64,000 bases of DNA from the human T2T-CHM13v2.0 reference genome, Homo sapiens, in assembly GCF_009914755.1 (NCBI RefSeq), contig NC_060936.1; one strand, given 5' to 3'. Positions within the stretch are counted from its first letter, which is position 1. Every line of letters starts with the position of its first letter. Under the pieces are notes generated by a model, which did not search any database, was not told the DNA's origin, and saw nothing but the letters and a program-made list of their open reading frames with translations. A program made the translations under genes and the position numbers. Positions 1 to 12,820 of this stretch are shown one piece after another.

Positions 1-340
1 CATTTTACATTCCCTCCAGAAAAGTATGGCACTTGCTTCACAATCTTGCCAATATTTAGTATTATCTTGTTCTTTTTCTAAATTTTAGCCCTTATATTGC
101 ATGTGGACTGGTTCTTGATTGTGGTTTTAATTTGCATCTACCTTATAACGAATGATTTTGAACACATATTTTCATGGTGTTACTGGTCATTTATATATTT
201 TTTCATGGTAGGCACAACTCTAAGGTGGCTCCCATGACATTTACTCCTGGTGTTACTCCCGTGATTACATTATGTTACAAGACAAAAGGAATTTTGTAGA
301 TGTAATTAGGGTTACTAACTAGTTGACTTTAAAATAGGCA

Positions 341-3300
341 TATTAGGGGTGACATTAGCAAGACGACAAAGTAGGAGATGCCAGCCTTTATACTTCCACA
401 AAACACAACAATTAGACAGCTATCCACAAACAAAAATAGACCTAGGAGGGCTCAAAAATCCAGTAAGCAAGAACACAGTGGAAAAAAAAAAGTCACTTGG
501 GAGATTGGCTTAGCAATGTCTGCAGATGGCCATAAACAAAGATTAAACAAACAGGGATGAGTTATGTGTATCAGCCATATGTTGGGTCCCATCATGATCC
601 ACAGTGGCCTATCCTCTAAAGGACCTTGGTAGTCTTAGCCACTGAGGACCTCAACAACCCCCACAGCAGAAAACCCCATAGTGTTTGTTGGCACTGACCC
701 CATTGGCCTACTCTACAGAGGACATCAGTAGCTTTTGCCACTGAGGTAACCAACAGCCATCCCACCATAGATCTCCAGGAGAGGGAAACATTGCTGCGTA
801 CTGTCTAAAAGGATGTGCTTTTGTGTTGACCAGAGACCAGGGCTGCCACCCCTACCCCCAACCCCATGACTGCTCTGGAACACAGAGCCACAATTTCTCT
901 GTACACACATGCACCTCGGACCCCAGTTCTGCGAACACTCTGCACATGCCCACACTCCATACCTAGCTCTATGGCTGTTGCACATACGCTTGTGTCTCAG
1001 GCACTAGAGCCACAGCTGTCAAAGTATAGCCAGTGCCCTGGACACAGAGCCACTGTCTATCTGCATGTGTTCACACTCTGGACCCTGGCTATATGGTCAC
1101 TTGGCAGGCTCCTGCATCTCAAACATTGGAACTCCTGTCAATGTGGGCTAGCCAGAGCCCTGGACCCTGGAGCTGCTGTCTGTCCACAGTGCCTGCACTC
1201 CAGACCCTATCTCTGTGGCTGCTCCGCAGATGCCCACTTGTGCATCAGACACCATTGTCACTGCCACTGTGAGGGTGCCTATGTGCTGGGCTTGGCACCA
1301 AGAGGGATCCCCTCAACCATGACATCTCCTGTGGGAGAAAAAGAGATCAAGAGGTTCCTAGCAGCCACCAAAGATCCCAACTGCTTTCATCACCACTGCA
1401 GACATGCATTGCCTTGGCCATTAAAGAATCCTGCAATCTTTGCCAATGTTAACCTCAGCTGATGAAGCCATGTGGAGATTATACTGGGCCTTCCCCAAAG
1501 CTATAATTTCCACACTCCATCCAGTCAGTGCCCTCACACCAACCTGCAGGTGAATGTCTTTTCCCGTGAAGCTAGTCTATAAAGTCTAGAAGGAATAACT
1601 GCTCCATCAATTGCTCAGATACCAATGCAAAACTATAAGATACATGCGAAGTCAAGGAAACATACCATCAGAGGAACACAATTTTCCAGGAACTGATCTA
1701 AAAGAAGTAGAGATCTGTAAATTGCTGGGCAAAGAATTTAAAATAAATGTCTTAAGGAAGCTCAGTGAGTTCAAAGAGAACATAGGTAACTCTGAAATAA
1801 GGAAAACATACAAACTAGCAGCTCAATGGAGATAAATAATAAAAAAGAACTTCTGGAGCTAAAGAATACAATGAATAACATGAAAAATGCAATAGAGAGC
1901 ATCAATAGCAGCCTTAATCAAGTAGACCAAAAATCTGTGAACTGTAAGACAGATCATTTGAAATTATCTAGTCATTCTAAGTGAAGTAGCTCAGGAATGA
2001 AAAACCAAACATCACTTGTTCTCACTCATAAGTGGGAGCTAAGCTATGAGGAAATTCTTCAAGCTGAAATGAAAAGAGACTAATTAGTAACATGAAAATA
2101 TATGAACATATAAAACTCACTAGTAAAGGAAAGCATATAGTCAAATTTAGAATACTCTAATACTCCAATGGTGGTGTGTAAATCATTTAACTCTAGTATA
2201 ATGGTTAAAAGACAAAAATATTTTAAAATAACTAAATGTAAAAAATTTGCTAATGAATATACAATATAAAAATATAACATCAAAACACAAATTGTCATGA
2301 GAGTAAAAGGGTAGAGGTTTTTCTAAGCAATTGCAATTAGGTTGTTGTCAGCTTAGAATAGACTATTATAACTACAAGATGTTTTATGTATGCCTCATGG
2401 TAACTACCAAGCAAAAACCTGTAGTAGACTCACAAAAGATAAAGAGAAAAAAAACAAAGCATACCACTACAGAAAACTATCAAATCTCAAAGAAAGACAT
2501 CAAGAAAGAAAAACTATAAAACAGTTAGAAAACAATGAGTTGACAGTAGTAAGTTTTTATATAGCAATCATTAGTTTACATGTAAATGGATTAAATTCTT
2601 CAATAAATACTTCGTTAAATGGCTAAATGGATGTTTTAAAGGGCCCAACTATTTGCTGCCTGTGAAATACTCACTTCAGTTTTCAGGAAACATATAGGCT
2701 GAAAATGAAGGGATGAAAAATATATTCCATGCAAAGGAAAACTAAAATAGGGCAGGGATGGGTAGCTATACTTTTATCACACAAAATAGACTTTACCTCA
2801 AAAATGCAACAAGAGAACAAATATAATTATGTTACAATAAGGGGGTCATATAACAACTGTAAATATATATGTATCCAACATTAGAGCATCTAAGTATATT
2901 AAGCACATATTAACCCAACTAAAAAAGAAATAATCAGCAATGTAACAACTTTAAGGAATTTTAACACCCCACTTTCAGCAATAGATAGATAATTCAGACA
3001 GAAAATCAATAAGGAAACACTGGAATTGACATCTTAGGCCAAATGGATCTAACAGACATGTACAGAGCACTCCATCCAACAATAATAGAATACAAATTCT
3101 TCTCACGTGCACACAGAATATTCTCTAGGATGGATTATATGTTAGGTCACAAAACATGTCTTAATAAGTTTAAGAAGACTGAAATCATACCAACTATCTT
3201 TTCCAGCCACAGTGGTGTAAAATTAGAAATGAATAACAGGAGGAATCTTGAAAAAGTCACAAATATGTGGAAACTAAAGAACATACTCCTGAACAATTAA

Positions 3301-6300
3301 TGTATCAAAGAAGAAATCAAAGGAGAATTTTGTTTTAAATCTTGAGACCAGTGAAAATGGAAACACAGCCTCTCAAAACTTATGGGATGCAGCAAAAGCA
3401 GTACAGGGGGAATTTGGTAACAATAAATACCTACATTAAGGAAAATGAAAGATCTCAAATAAAAAAGCCCTAATGTTACACCTCAAGAAACTAGAAAAAG
3501 AACAAGCTAAGCCCACAATTAGCAGAAAAGAGAAAATAACAATGCTCAGAGAAGAAATACATAAAATAGAGACAAGAGAAACAGAAGAAAAGACCAATAA
3601 AATGAAGAGCTGATTTCTTGAAAAGATAAACAAAATTTAAAATCCTTAGCTATACTAAGAAAAAAGAGAGAAGACTCAAAAATGAAAAAGACGACATTAT
3701 GACTGATGTGACAGAAATACAAAGCATCGTAACAGATTACTATGAAAAATTATATGCCAATAAACTGGATAACCCCCAAAAGAAGGATAAATTCCTAGAA
3801 ACACAAAACCTACCAAAATTGAATCATGAAGAAATAGAAAATCTGAGGAGGCCTATAACTAGTCAGGAGATTGAATCAGTAATCAAAAGTCTCCCAACAA
3901 TGGAAAGTCACTACCAGATGGCTTCACAAGGGAATTCTGCCAAACATTTAAAGAAAAATTAATACTAATTATTCTCAACTGCTTCCAAAAAAAATTGAAG
4001 AGAATGGAACACTTCCAAACTCATTTTATGAGGCCAGAATTTCCGTGATACCAAAGCCAGACAAGAAAACTACAAGAAAAGAAAATACCAGCCAATATTC
4101 ATGCTGAATATAGATATAAAATTCTCAACAAAATACTAGCAAACCAAATCCAACAGTGGTTTATCCCAGGGATGATTCAACGTATGCAAATCAATGAATA
4201 TGAAAAGCCATATTAACAGAATGAGGGGTGAAAATCCTATGATCATTTCAATAGATACAAAATGTTTGCAAAATATTCAACATATTTTATAATAAAAATT
4301 CTCAACAAATTTGATATTTAGAAGGAATGCCCCTCAACATAATAAATGTCATATATGGCCAGCCCATGGCTAACAACGTATTCATCATGAAAAGTTGGAA
4401 AGCACTTCCTTTGAAGTCAGGAAGAAGACAAGGGTGACCACTCTCATCACTCTATTCAACATACTACTGAAAGTCTTAGCCAGAATAATTAGACTAAAAA
4501 AAGAAATTTAAAAAACAGTCAAATTAGAAATGAAGCAGTATAATTTACAGATGACATGAACTTATATGCAGAAAACTCTAAAAGCTGCACCAAAAAAAAC
4601 CTGTTAAAACAAATTAAAAAGTTCATAAAGTTGCAATATAAAATCAACATACAGAAATCAGTTGTGGCCAATGCCCTAACAACAACCTAAAAGAGAAATG
4701 ATGAAAGCAACCCAATTTGGTAACATTAAAAAAAAATACTCAGGAATAAATTTAACTAAGAACCAAAAGATTTGTACAATGAAAACTATAAGACATTGAT
4801 GAAAGAAACTGAAAACATACATTTGCAGCAACACAGATGGAACTGGAGATTAATATGTTAGCTACAATAAGCCAGGCACAGAAAGAGAAATATAGTACGT
4901 TCTCATTCATATGTGGAAACTAAAAAAGTTGATCTCATGTAGAGAGAGAATAGAATAATGGTAGCCAGAGGCTGGGAATCAGGTGGGAGTTGCCAGAGGA
5001 GAATTAAGAGAGGTTAGTTAACGACCACAAAAATACAGTTAGATAGAATGAGTTCTAGTGTTCAATAGCACAATAGAGTGACTATAGTTAACTATAATTT
5101 ATTGTGTATTTCAAAATAATTAAAAGATAAGATTTTAAATATTCCCAACACAGAGAAATGGCAAATATTTGAGGTGATAGATTATCCTAATCACATTTGA
5201 ATATTACATATTGTGTGCATGTATCAAAATGTCACATGTACCCCATAAATATGACAATTATTATGTATCAATTTTTAAAAGCAAGAAGAATTGAAGATAT
5301 ATATAAATAAAAAGTCATCCTGTGTTCATGGATTGGAGGAATAAATACTGTTGAAATGACATACTACCCAAAGCAAACTACAGATTCAATGTAATCCTGA
5401 TTAAAACCCCAATGGCATTTTTTACAGAAATGGAAAAAAATCCTAAAATGCATATGGAACCACAGTAAGACCCTAAATAGCCAATGCAATCTTGAGAAAC
5501 AAGAACAAAGCTGGAGACATCACACGTCTTGATTTCAAAATATATTACAAAGCTACAGTAATCAAAACAGTATGGCACTGGCATAAAAACAGACACAAAG
5601 ACCAATGAAACAGAAGACAGAACCCAGAAATAAACCCATACATATATAGTCAACTGATCTTCAACAAAGGTGTCAGTATCACATAATGAGGAAAGAATAG
5701 TCATTTCAACAAATGGTGTTGGAAAAACTGGATATTCACAAACAAAAAGAATGACATTGGACTCCTATTATACATAATACACAAAAATAAACTCAAATTT
5801 ATTAAAAACTAAATGTCATATCTGAACCTATAAAAATTTTCAAAGAAACGATAGGGGAAAATCTTATTGACATTGATCTTGGCAATGATTCCTTAGATTT
5901 AACACCAAAAGCACAGGCAACTAAACCAAAAATAAACAAATGGGACCACATGAAACTAAAAAGCTTCTGCACACAAAAAAGGAAACAACAAAATGGAAAG
6001 GCAAACTACACAATAGGAGAAAATATTTGCAAACCATATATATGATAAGGGGTTAATATCTAAAGTATATAAGGTACTCATACAGCTCAATATCATTTAA
6101 AAAACACAATCCAAGGACTTGAATACACATTTTGCCAAAGAAGACATACACATGGCCAATAGGTACATGAAAATGTGGTGAACATTACTAATCATCAGAA
6201 AATGCAAATTAAAACCTCCATGATATATCACCTCACATCCGTTAGGGTGGCTATTATCGAAATGATAAGATCAGTATTGATAAGGATGTAGGGAAAAGGG

Positions 6301-7121
6301 AACACTTGAGCACTGTTAGTGGAAATGTAAATTGGTACAGCCATTACATAAAACAGTGTGGAGGTTCCTCAAAAAATTAAAAGCAGAACTACCACACCAT
6401 CCAGCGATACCAACTCTGAGTATATGTCCAAAGGAAACAAAAATCAGTTCTCAAGGAGAACATATCTGTACTCCCATGTTCTTTATGATATTATTCACAA
6501 TGATCAAGCTATGGAAACAACCTGTCTATTGATGAATAAATGGATAAATAAAACATATACATGTATACTTACATACATTATATATGTATGTAAATACATT
6601 TCACATACATATAGAATGAAATATTATTCAGACATAAAAAAGAAGAAAATCTTACCATTCGTGACAACAATATGGGTGGACCTGGATGGCATGATGCTAA
6701 GTAAAATAATCCAGGCAGAGAAAGACAAATACTTTTGTGTGGAATCTAAAAAGAACAAGAAAAGTTCAAACTCATAGAAAGTGGAAGTAGAATGGTGGTT
6801 GCCAAGGGCTAGGGAGCAGGGGAGGCGGGGAGAAGTTGGCTAGATGGTACAAACATGCAGTTATAAGATGAGTATGTTCTGAGTATCTAATGTACAATAT
6901 AACTATAGCTAATAATACTGCATTGTATACTTGAAATTTGCTGAAAGTGTAGACTTTAAGTGTTCTCACATTTTAAAAAAGCAATTATGTGAGGTGATTG
7001 ATGCATTAATTAACTTGAGTGTGATAATCATTTTGCAATGTATATCGAATCATCATGTTGTACAGTTTAAATATATAAAATTTTATTTGTCAGTTATACT
7101 TTGATAAAGCCAAAAAAAGAA
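341..7121 (+). mobile_element. Near full-length old L1 (L1MA9/L1MB-like), inactive, with 5' UTR, partly deleted ORF1, disrupted ORF2, 3' UTR and A tail
   Basis: 5' ggggtgacattagcaaga; ORF2 fragments MDLTDMYRALHP..., YYEKLYANKLDN...; TSD aaaataggca (331-340) / aaaagtaggca (7122-7132). Confidence 0.85.
4820..5285 (+). mobile_element. 5'-truncated L1MA 3' end inserted into ORF2 of the host L1
   Basis: L1MA 3' UTR (catttgcagcaac...catgtaccccataaatatg); host ORF2 resumes after it; degenerate TSD aagaaactgaaaacata / aagaattgaagatata. Confidence 0.75.
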
Positions 7122-10100
7122 AAAAGTAGGCAGATTATCCATGCCTAATTTAATCACATAAACCCTTTTAAAATCAGAGTTTTCTCAGGCTGGTGGTAGA
7201 AGAGAAATTCGGATAGAGCTGAAGAATGAGAAGTATTTGATGTGAGGGAGGTTCTCTGTTCCTTAGATGAAGAGGGCCATGGGTCAAGGATCTGAGTGGC
7301 CTCAAGACCTGCACATAGTCCCCAGCCAACAAGTAGCAACAAAATGAGTGAAATTCTTATAGCCACGAGGAGTGAAATTCTTCCAACAACCTGAATGAAC
7401 CTAAAAGTGAATTCTCCAAATAAAAATTGGACCCTCCTAATAAGAGCCCAGCCTGGTCAATACCTTGATTTTTGCTTGAGAGACTCTAAGCAAAACACCC
7501 CATCAAGCCCACCTGGACCAAGAGAACTATGAGAAAATAAATGGGCATTGTTAGAAGTCACTTAAATTTGTGGCAGTATCTTACACAGCAATAGAAAACT
7601 AATGCACTTCTTCTGTAAAGCATCTGTTCACACTTTTGCCCATCTTGTTTTAATTGGGTTATCTTTTTATTATTGAACTGTAACTTTTAAAATATATCTA
7701 TATATTTAATTTTAATTTTTAATTTTTGTGAGTACACAGTAGGTGTATATCTTTACAGGGTACATGAGATGTTTTGATATGAGCATACAATGCATAATAA
7801 TCACATCATGGAAAATCCATCCCCTTAAGCACTGATCCTTTGTATTGCAAACAAAACAACTATACTCTTAGTCATTTGTAAATATGCAATTAAATTATTA
7901 TTGACTACAGTCATCCCACTGTACTATCAAATACTAGGTCTTATTCATTCTTTCTATTACTTTTAAAAAAATGTATTATGCATATGTTATTTGTCAGCTA
8001 TATGTATTGAGAACATTTGTTGCCCGTTGGTGGCTTGCTCTTGGTGTTTTTAAGGAATATTTTAATTTTGATCAATTCAAATTAGCAATTTTTGTTTATT
8101 CAGTAGCTTAATGCATTGACTTTCCTCTCTAAGAAATTTTTGTCTAGCCTAAGATCATAAATATATTCTCCTAAATTTATTTTTAGGAATTATATGGTCA
8201 CAGCTTTTATGTTCTGTGTTATAGTTTTGGTTTACTTCTGTGTAAAGTATAAGGTAGGCATTGAAGCTCATTTTCTCATTTTTTTGTGTGTGGACAAAAT
8301 TCATTTTTGAAAAAGCAGTCTGTTCCCCCATCAAATTATCTTGGTATGTTTTTTGAAAATAACTTGACCGTACATGTAAATCTCCTCTTGAACTTTCTGT
8401 TCTGTATCATTTATCCATGTCTATTTTTTGCCTATGCCATTCTGCTTTATACTGTAGATTTTTAGTAAATTTTGAAATAATGTAGAATAAGTTCTCCAAA
8501 TTTATTCTTCATTTTCAAGATTACTTGAGTTATTCAATGCACCTTTCATTTCCGTATAAATTTTGAAATTAATTGGCTTGTCAATTTCTACAAAATTCCA
8601 CTAATATTTTGATTATGATTGTGTTGGATCTGTAGATCACTTTAAGGAGATTTACATCTTAACAACCTTGAGTCTTCCAATCCATGAATACAACATGTCA
8701 CTCTATTTAGCTAGGTCTTCCTTTATCTCTCAGCTATGTTTCCAACTGTGTTCTGTGTATATATCCTATATATACCATAGCTCACTAAATCTCTCTCAAA
8801 ATATTTTGTGATTTTGATAGTACTGTAAATGGTATTTTTAAATATCATTTTCTAATTGTTCATTATTAGTATGGAAGTGTCTTTGTATCCTGCAACATTG
8901 CTAACTTCACTTTATAAATTCTAGTACTGTTGTAGATTCCTTAAGATTTTCTATGTTCATGAAGTATCATCTACAAATAAAGACAGATTTGCTTCTTTTC
9001 CATCAGTATTTTTTTCTTGTCTTGTTACACTAGGTATCACCTCCAGTATGATGTTGAATAGGAATAATGAGAGTGGACATCATTGACTTGGTATCAGTAT
9101 GAGAGGAAAAAGGATTCAGTCTTTCACTATTAAATATTATATTATGGTTAGGATTTTTATAGATTACTTTGTCATATCAGGGACATTTCCTGTTATTCAT
9201 AGTTTGCTGAGTTTATTATGAATTGTTATTCAATTCTGTCAAAAAATTTTTTGTGCATATATTGTGATAATCTTAAGCTCTTTCCCTTTTATTCTGTTAA
9301 TAGGCCAAAATGAATTGTTTGATTGTTGAGTATTAAACCAATCTTGAATTCCAAGGATAAGTTTTCCCTGGTCATGATATCATCTATATATTCCTGGATT
9401 CAATTTACTTATATCTTATTTATAATTTCTTCATCTATCTTCATGAAGAACATTTTTTCATTTTCTTTTCTTTCTTTCTTTTTTTGTGGTTTAGGGGTTG
9501 TTTTTTGTTGTTTTATCAGCAATGTCTTCATTCAATTTTGATATTAGGATTCTGCTAGTCTCATAAAATAAATCTGGAGGTCTTCCCTCCTCATCCATTT
9601 TCTGAAAGAATTTTATTTAATTATTATTTCTTCCTTAAATTTTTGGTAGAATTAAAAGTTGAGATCATGAGAGCCTGGAATTTTCCTTGTAAAATGGCTA
9701 TTAATTTCTTTACTAGACATGATGGTACTCAGATTTTCTATTTCTTCTTCTGTCAGTTTAGATAACCTGTGACTTTTAAAGAATTTGTACATTTTTTCTA
9801 ATTTATTGAATGCCATGGCATAAAGTTGTTTACACTGTTTCTTTAGTATCTTTTTGATGTATATAGAATTTTTATTGATATCCCTTCTTTCATTCCTAAT
9901 ATTGCTAAGTTATAGTTTCAATCTTTTTTACTGATCAGTTTAGCTGAAGATGTATCCAGTTTATTTAGCTTTAAAAATACTTTTGGTTTCATTGACTTTA
10001 TATTTACCAGTTTTCTTTGAAATTTTTTATTTGGCTCATTGGTTATTTAGAAATGTTTGTTTTAATTGCTATATATTTGGAGATTATCAGTATATCCTTT

Positions 10101-10880
10101 TTAAACATTTATTTAGCTAAGGCTTATTTAGTTAAAGTTTATATGCAATAAAATATAACTTTTTTAGGGTAGCAGTTCTTTAAGTTTTGGCAATTGTATA
10201 CTGCCATGTAACTACCACCAAAATCAAGATATAGAATCTTTTCATCACCAGCCAATGTTGGGGAAGGAGGCTCAACAAGTCTCTCTAGCAGGAAGAAGAG
10301 CATGTGCCAAAGCACAGAAGCTGAAACAATCTTGCATGCTTAGAGAACTTTGAGTAGTTTAATGTGGCATAAATAAAGATAGAGTGAGCTATTAATAGAA
10401 AGATTGCTAGAGTGAGCTATTGACAGAAAGATTGCTAGGAGATTGTGATGGGCATATATTTCAAGCTAAACAATGTGGAATATCTTCTCAGGTTTTCCAA
10501 GCAAGTGTGAAGTGTTATGATCAGTTCCCTGCTTTTAAAAGATTATTTTTCATTCAGTGTGAAAGATGAATTGGTGGAGATAAGAATGGAGACAAGGATA
10601 CAAAACAGAAAGCATGTTCAGTAGTCCAGGTGAGAGATGGTGGGTGCCTAAATCGTCACAGTCACAGCAGGACAGCGAACAAGATTATTATGGAAGTGTA
10701 ACTGTACTAAATAGTTCCTTAATTGCCAAATGCTGCAGCTTCCTTTGGCCTGGCTTCTCTCTACCACTTTGATAATCTTGGTTAACTCTTCCTTTTTAAA
10801 AGTTTTGCTTCCTTCAGTTTGAACACATCAAATTTTTCTTCCCTTGTCATAGTTTACCTGTTTTCATTTGCTTTCAGTGA

Positions 10881-11283
<403 letters not shown>

Positions 11284-11604
11284 TAGCTAATATGGTTAAA
11301 TGGTTAAAAGTATAGACTTTCCTGAAAATTTTGTCACTACCTGCTCTCAAAGGCTCAATTTCTCCAGCTGAAAATGGGTATGATAATGTTGTCTCCCTAA
11401 GAGGATTGTTGAGATGACTTAATGAACTATGTACCACATAAAATGTCTGCCATACAGAAGGTATTCAACAAATAATATTTCCCTTAGTTATTCTTCTCTC
11501 AAGATCGACTTCTATAAATGGAAGTCCTATAGGCACTTTGGTAAATACTATAATATTATCTGTCCAGCATCTTTTTCCTAGTATTTTTTCCCTCTCTCGA
11601 GCTA

Positions 11605-12820
11605 TTAGGTTGGTGCAAACGTAATTGCAGTTTTTGCATTGTTGGAATTTGCCATCTGATATTGGAATACATTCTTAAATGTGGTTATGTTATACATCAT
11701 TTTTTCTCATGATTTATTACTTACTGTTTATTTTATGTTTAGACTATGGAAATGATGTTTGGCAAAAAGTAAATTCGAGCAATTTTCTTATTTGAGTTCA
11801 AAATGGGCCATAAAGCAGCAGAGACAACTCGTAGCATTAACAACGCATTTGGTGCAAGAACTTGCAGTGGTGGTTCAAGAAGTTTTGCAAAGGAGACAAA
11901 AGCCTGGAACATGAAGAGCATAGTGGTCGGCCATTGGAAGTTGACAATGAAAAATTGAGAGCAATCATTAAAGCTGATCCTCTCACAACTACAAGAGAAG
12001 TTGCTGAAGAAATCAAAGTCGTCCATTCTATGATCATCTGGCATTTGAAGCAAATTGGAAAGGTGAAAAAGCTCAATACATGGATGCCTAATGAGCTGAG
12101 TGAAAATCAAAAAAATTGTCGTTTTGAAGTGTCTTCTCTTATTTTACACAACAACGAACCATTTCTCAATCAGATTGTGATGTGCAATGAAAAGTGGATT
12201 TTATATGACAACCAGCGATGACCAGCTCAGTGGTTGGACTGAGAAGAAGCTCCAAAGCAATTTCTAAAGCCAAACTTGCACCAAAAAAGTCATTGTCACT
12301 GTTTGGTGGTCTGCTGCTGGTCTGATCCCCTACAGCTTTCTGAATCCCAGTGAAACCATTACATCTGATAAGTATGCTCAGCAAATCAGTGAGATGCACC
12401 AGAAATGGCAACACCGGCAGCTGGCATTGGTCAACAGAAAGGGCCTAATTCTTCAGGGCAATGCCCGACCGCACGTCCCACAACCAACACTTGAAAAGTT
12501 GAACAAATGGAGCTATGAAGTTTTGCCTCATCCGCTATATTCACCTGACCTTTCAGCAACCAACTAACACTTCTTCAAGCATCTCAACTTTTCACAGAGA
12601 AAACGCTTCTACAACCAGCAGGAGGCAGAAAATGCTTTCCAAGAGTTTGTTGAATCCCAAAACACGGATTTGTATGCTACAGGAATAAACAAACTTATTT
12701 CTCATTGGCAAAAATGTGTTGATTACAGTTGTTCCAATTCTGATTAATAAAGATGTGTTTGAGCCTAATTATGATTTAAAATTCACAGTCCAAAATGGCA
12801 TTGCTTTTGCACCAACCTAA
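11605..12820 (+). mobile_element. Hsmar1 mariner DNA transposon, near full length, transposase disrupted
   Basis: TIRs ttaggttggtgcaaa / tttgcaccaacctaa flanked by TA (11603-04, 12821-22); transposase start at 11746; ORF 11862-12221 QWWFKKFCKGD...IVMCNEKWILYDN matches Hsmar1; stops and frameshifts present. Confidence 0.95.

Larger units (their letters stand above)
206..7606 (+). mobile_element. MLT1E-type MaLR solo LTR split into 206-340 and 7122-7606 by an L1 insertion
   Basis: 5' part ends gttgactttaaaataggca; 3' part resumes gtaggcagattatcc and ends with the MLT1 terminus cagcaatagaaaactaatgca. Confidence 0.75.
1..10090 (-). mobile_element. Old antisense L1 (L1M-type ORF2/3' region) in two pieces (1-~205 and ~7607-10090), split by an MLT1E LTR
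   Basis: T-rich antisense L1 ORF2 motifs (tttaatttgcat, gtcttccaatccatgaa, tgttgaatagga, ttgtatcctgcaac) on both sides of the MLT; a younger antisense L1MA 3' end sits at ~7705-7960. Confidence 0.7.

Noticed and set aside
866-1462. 198-aa Cys/His-rich ORF
   Set aside because: Lies in the GC-richer, degenerate repeat 5' UTR of an old L1; no recognisable domain; consistent with a chance ORF.
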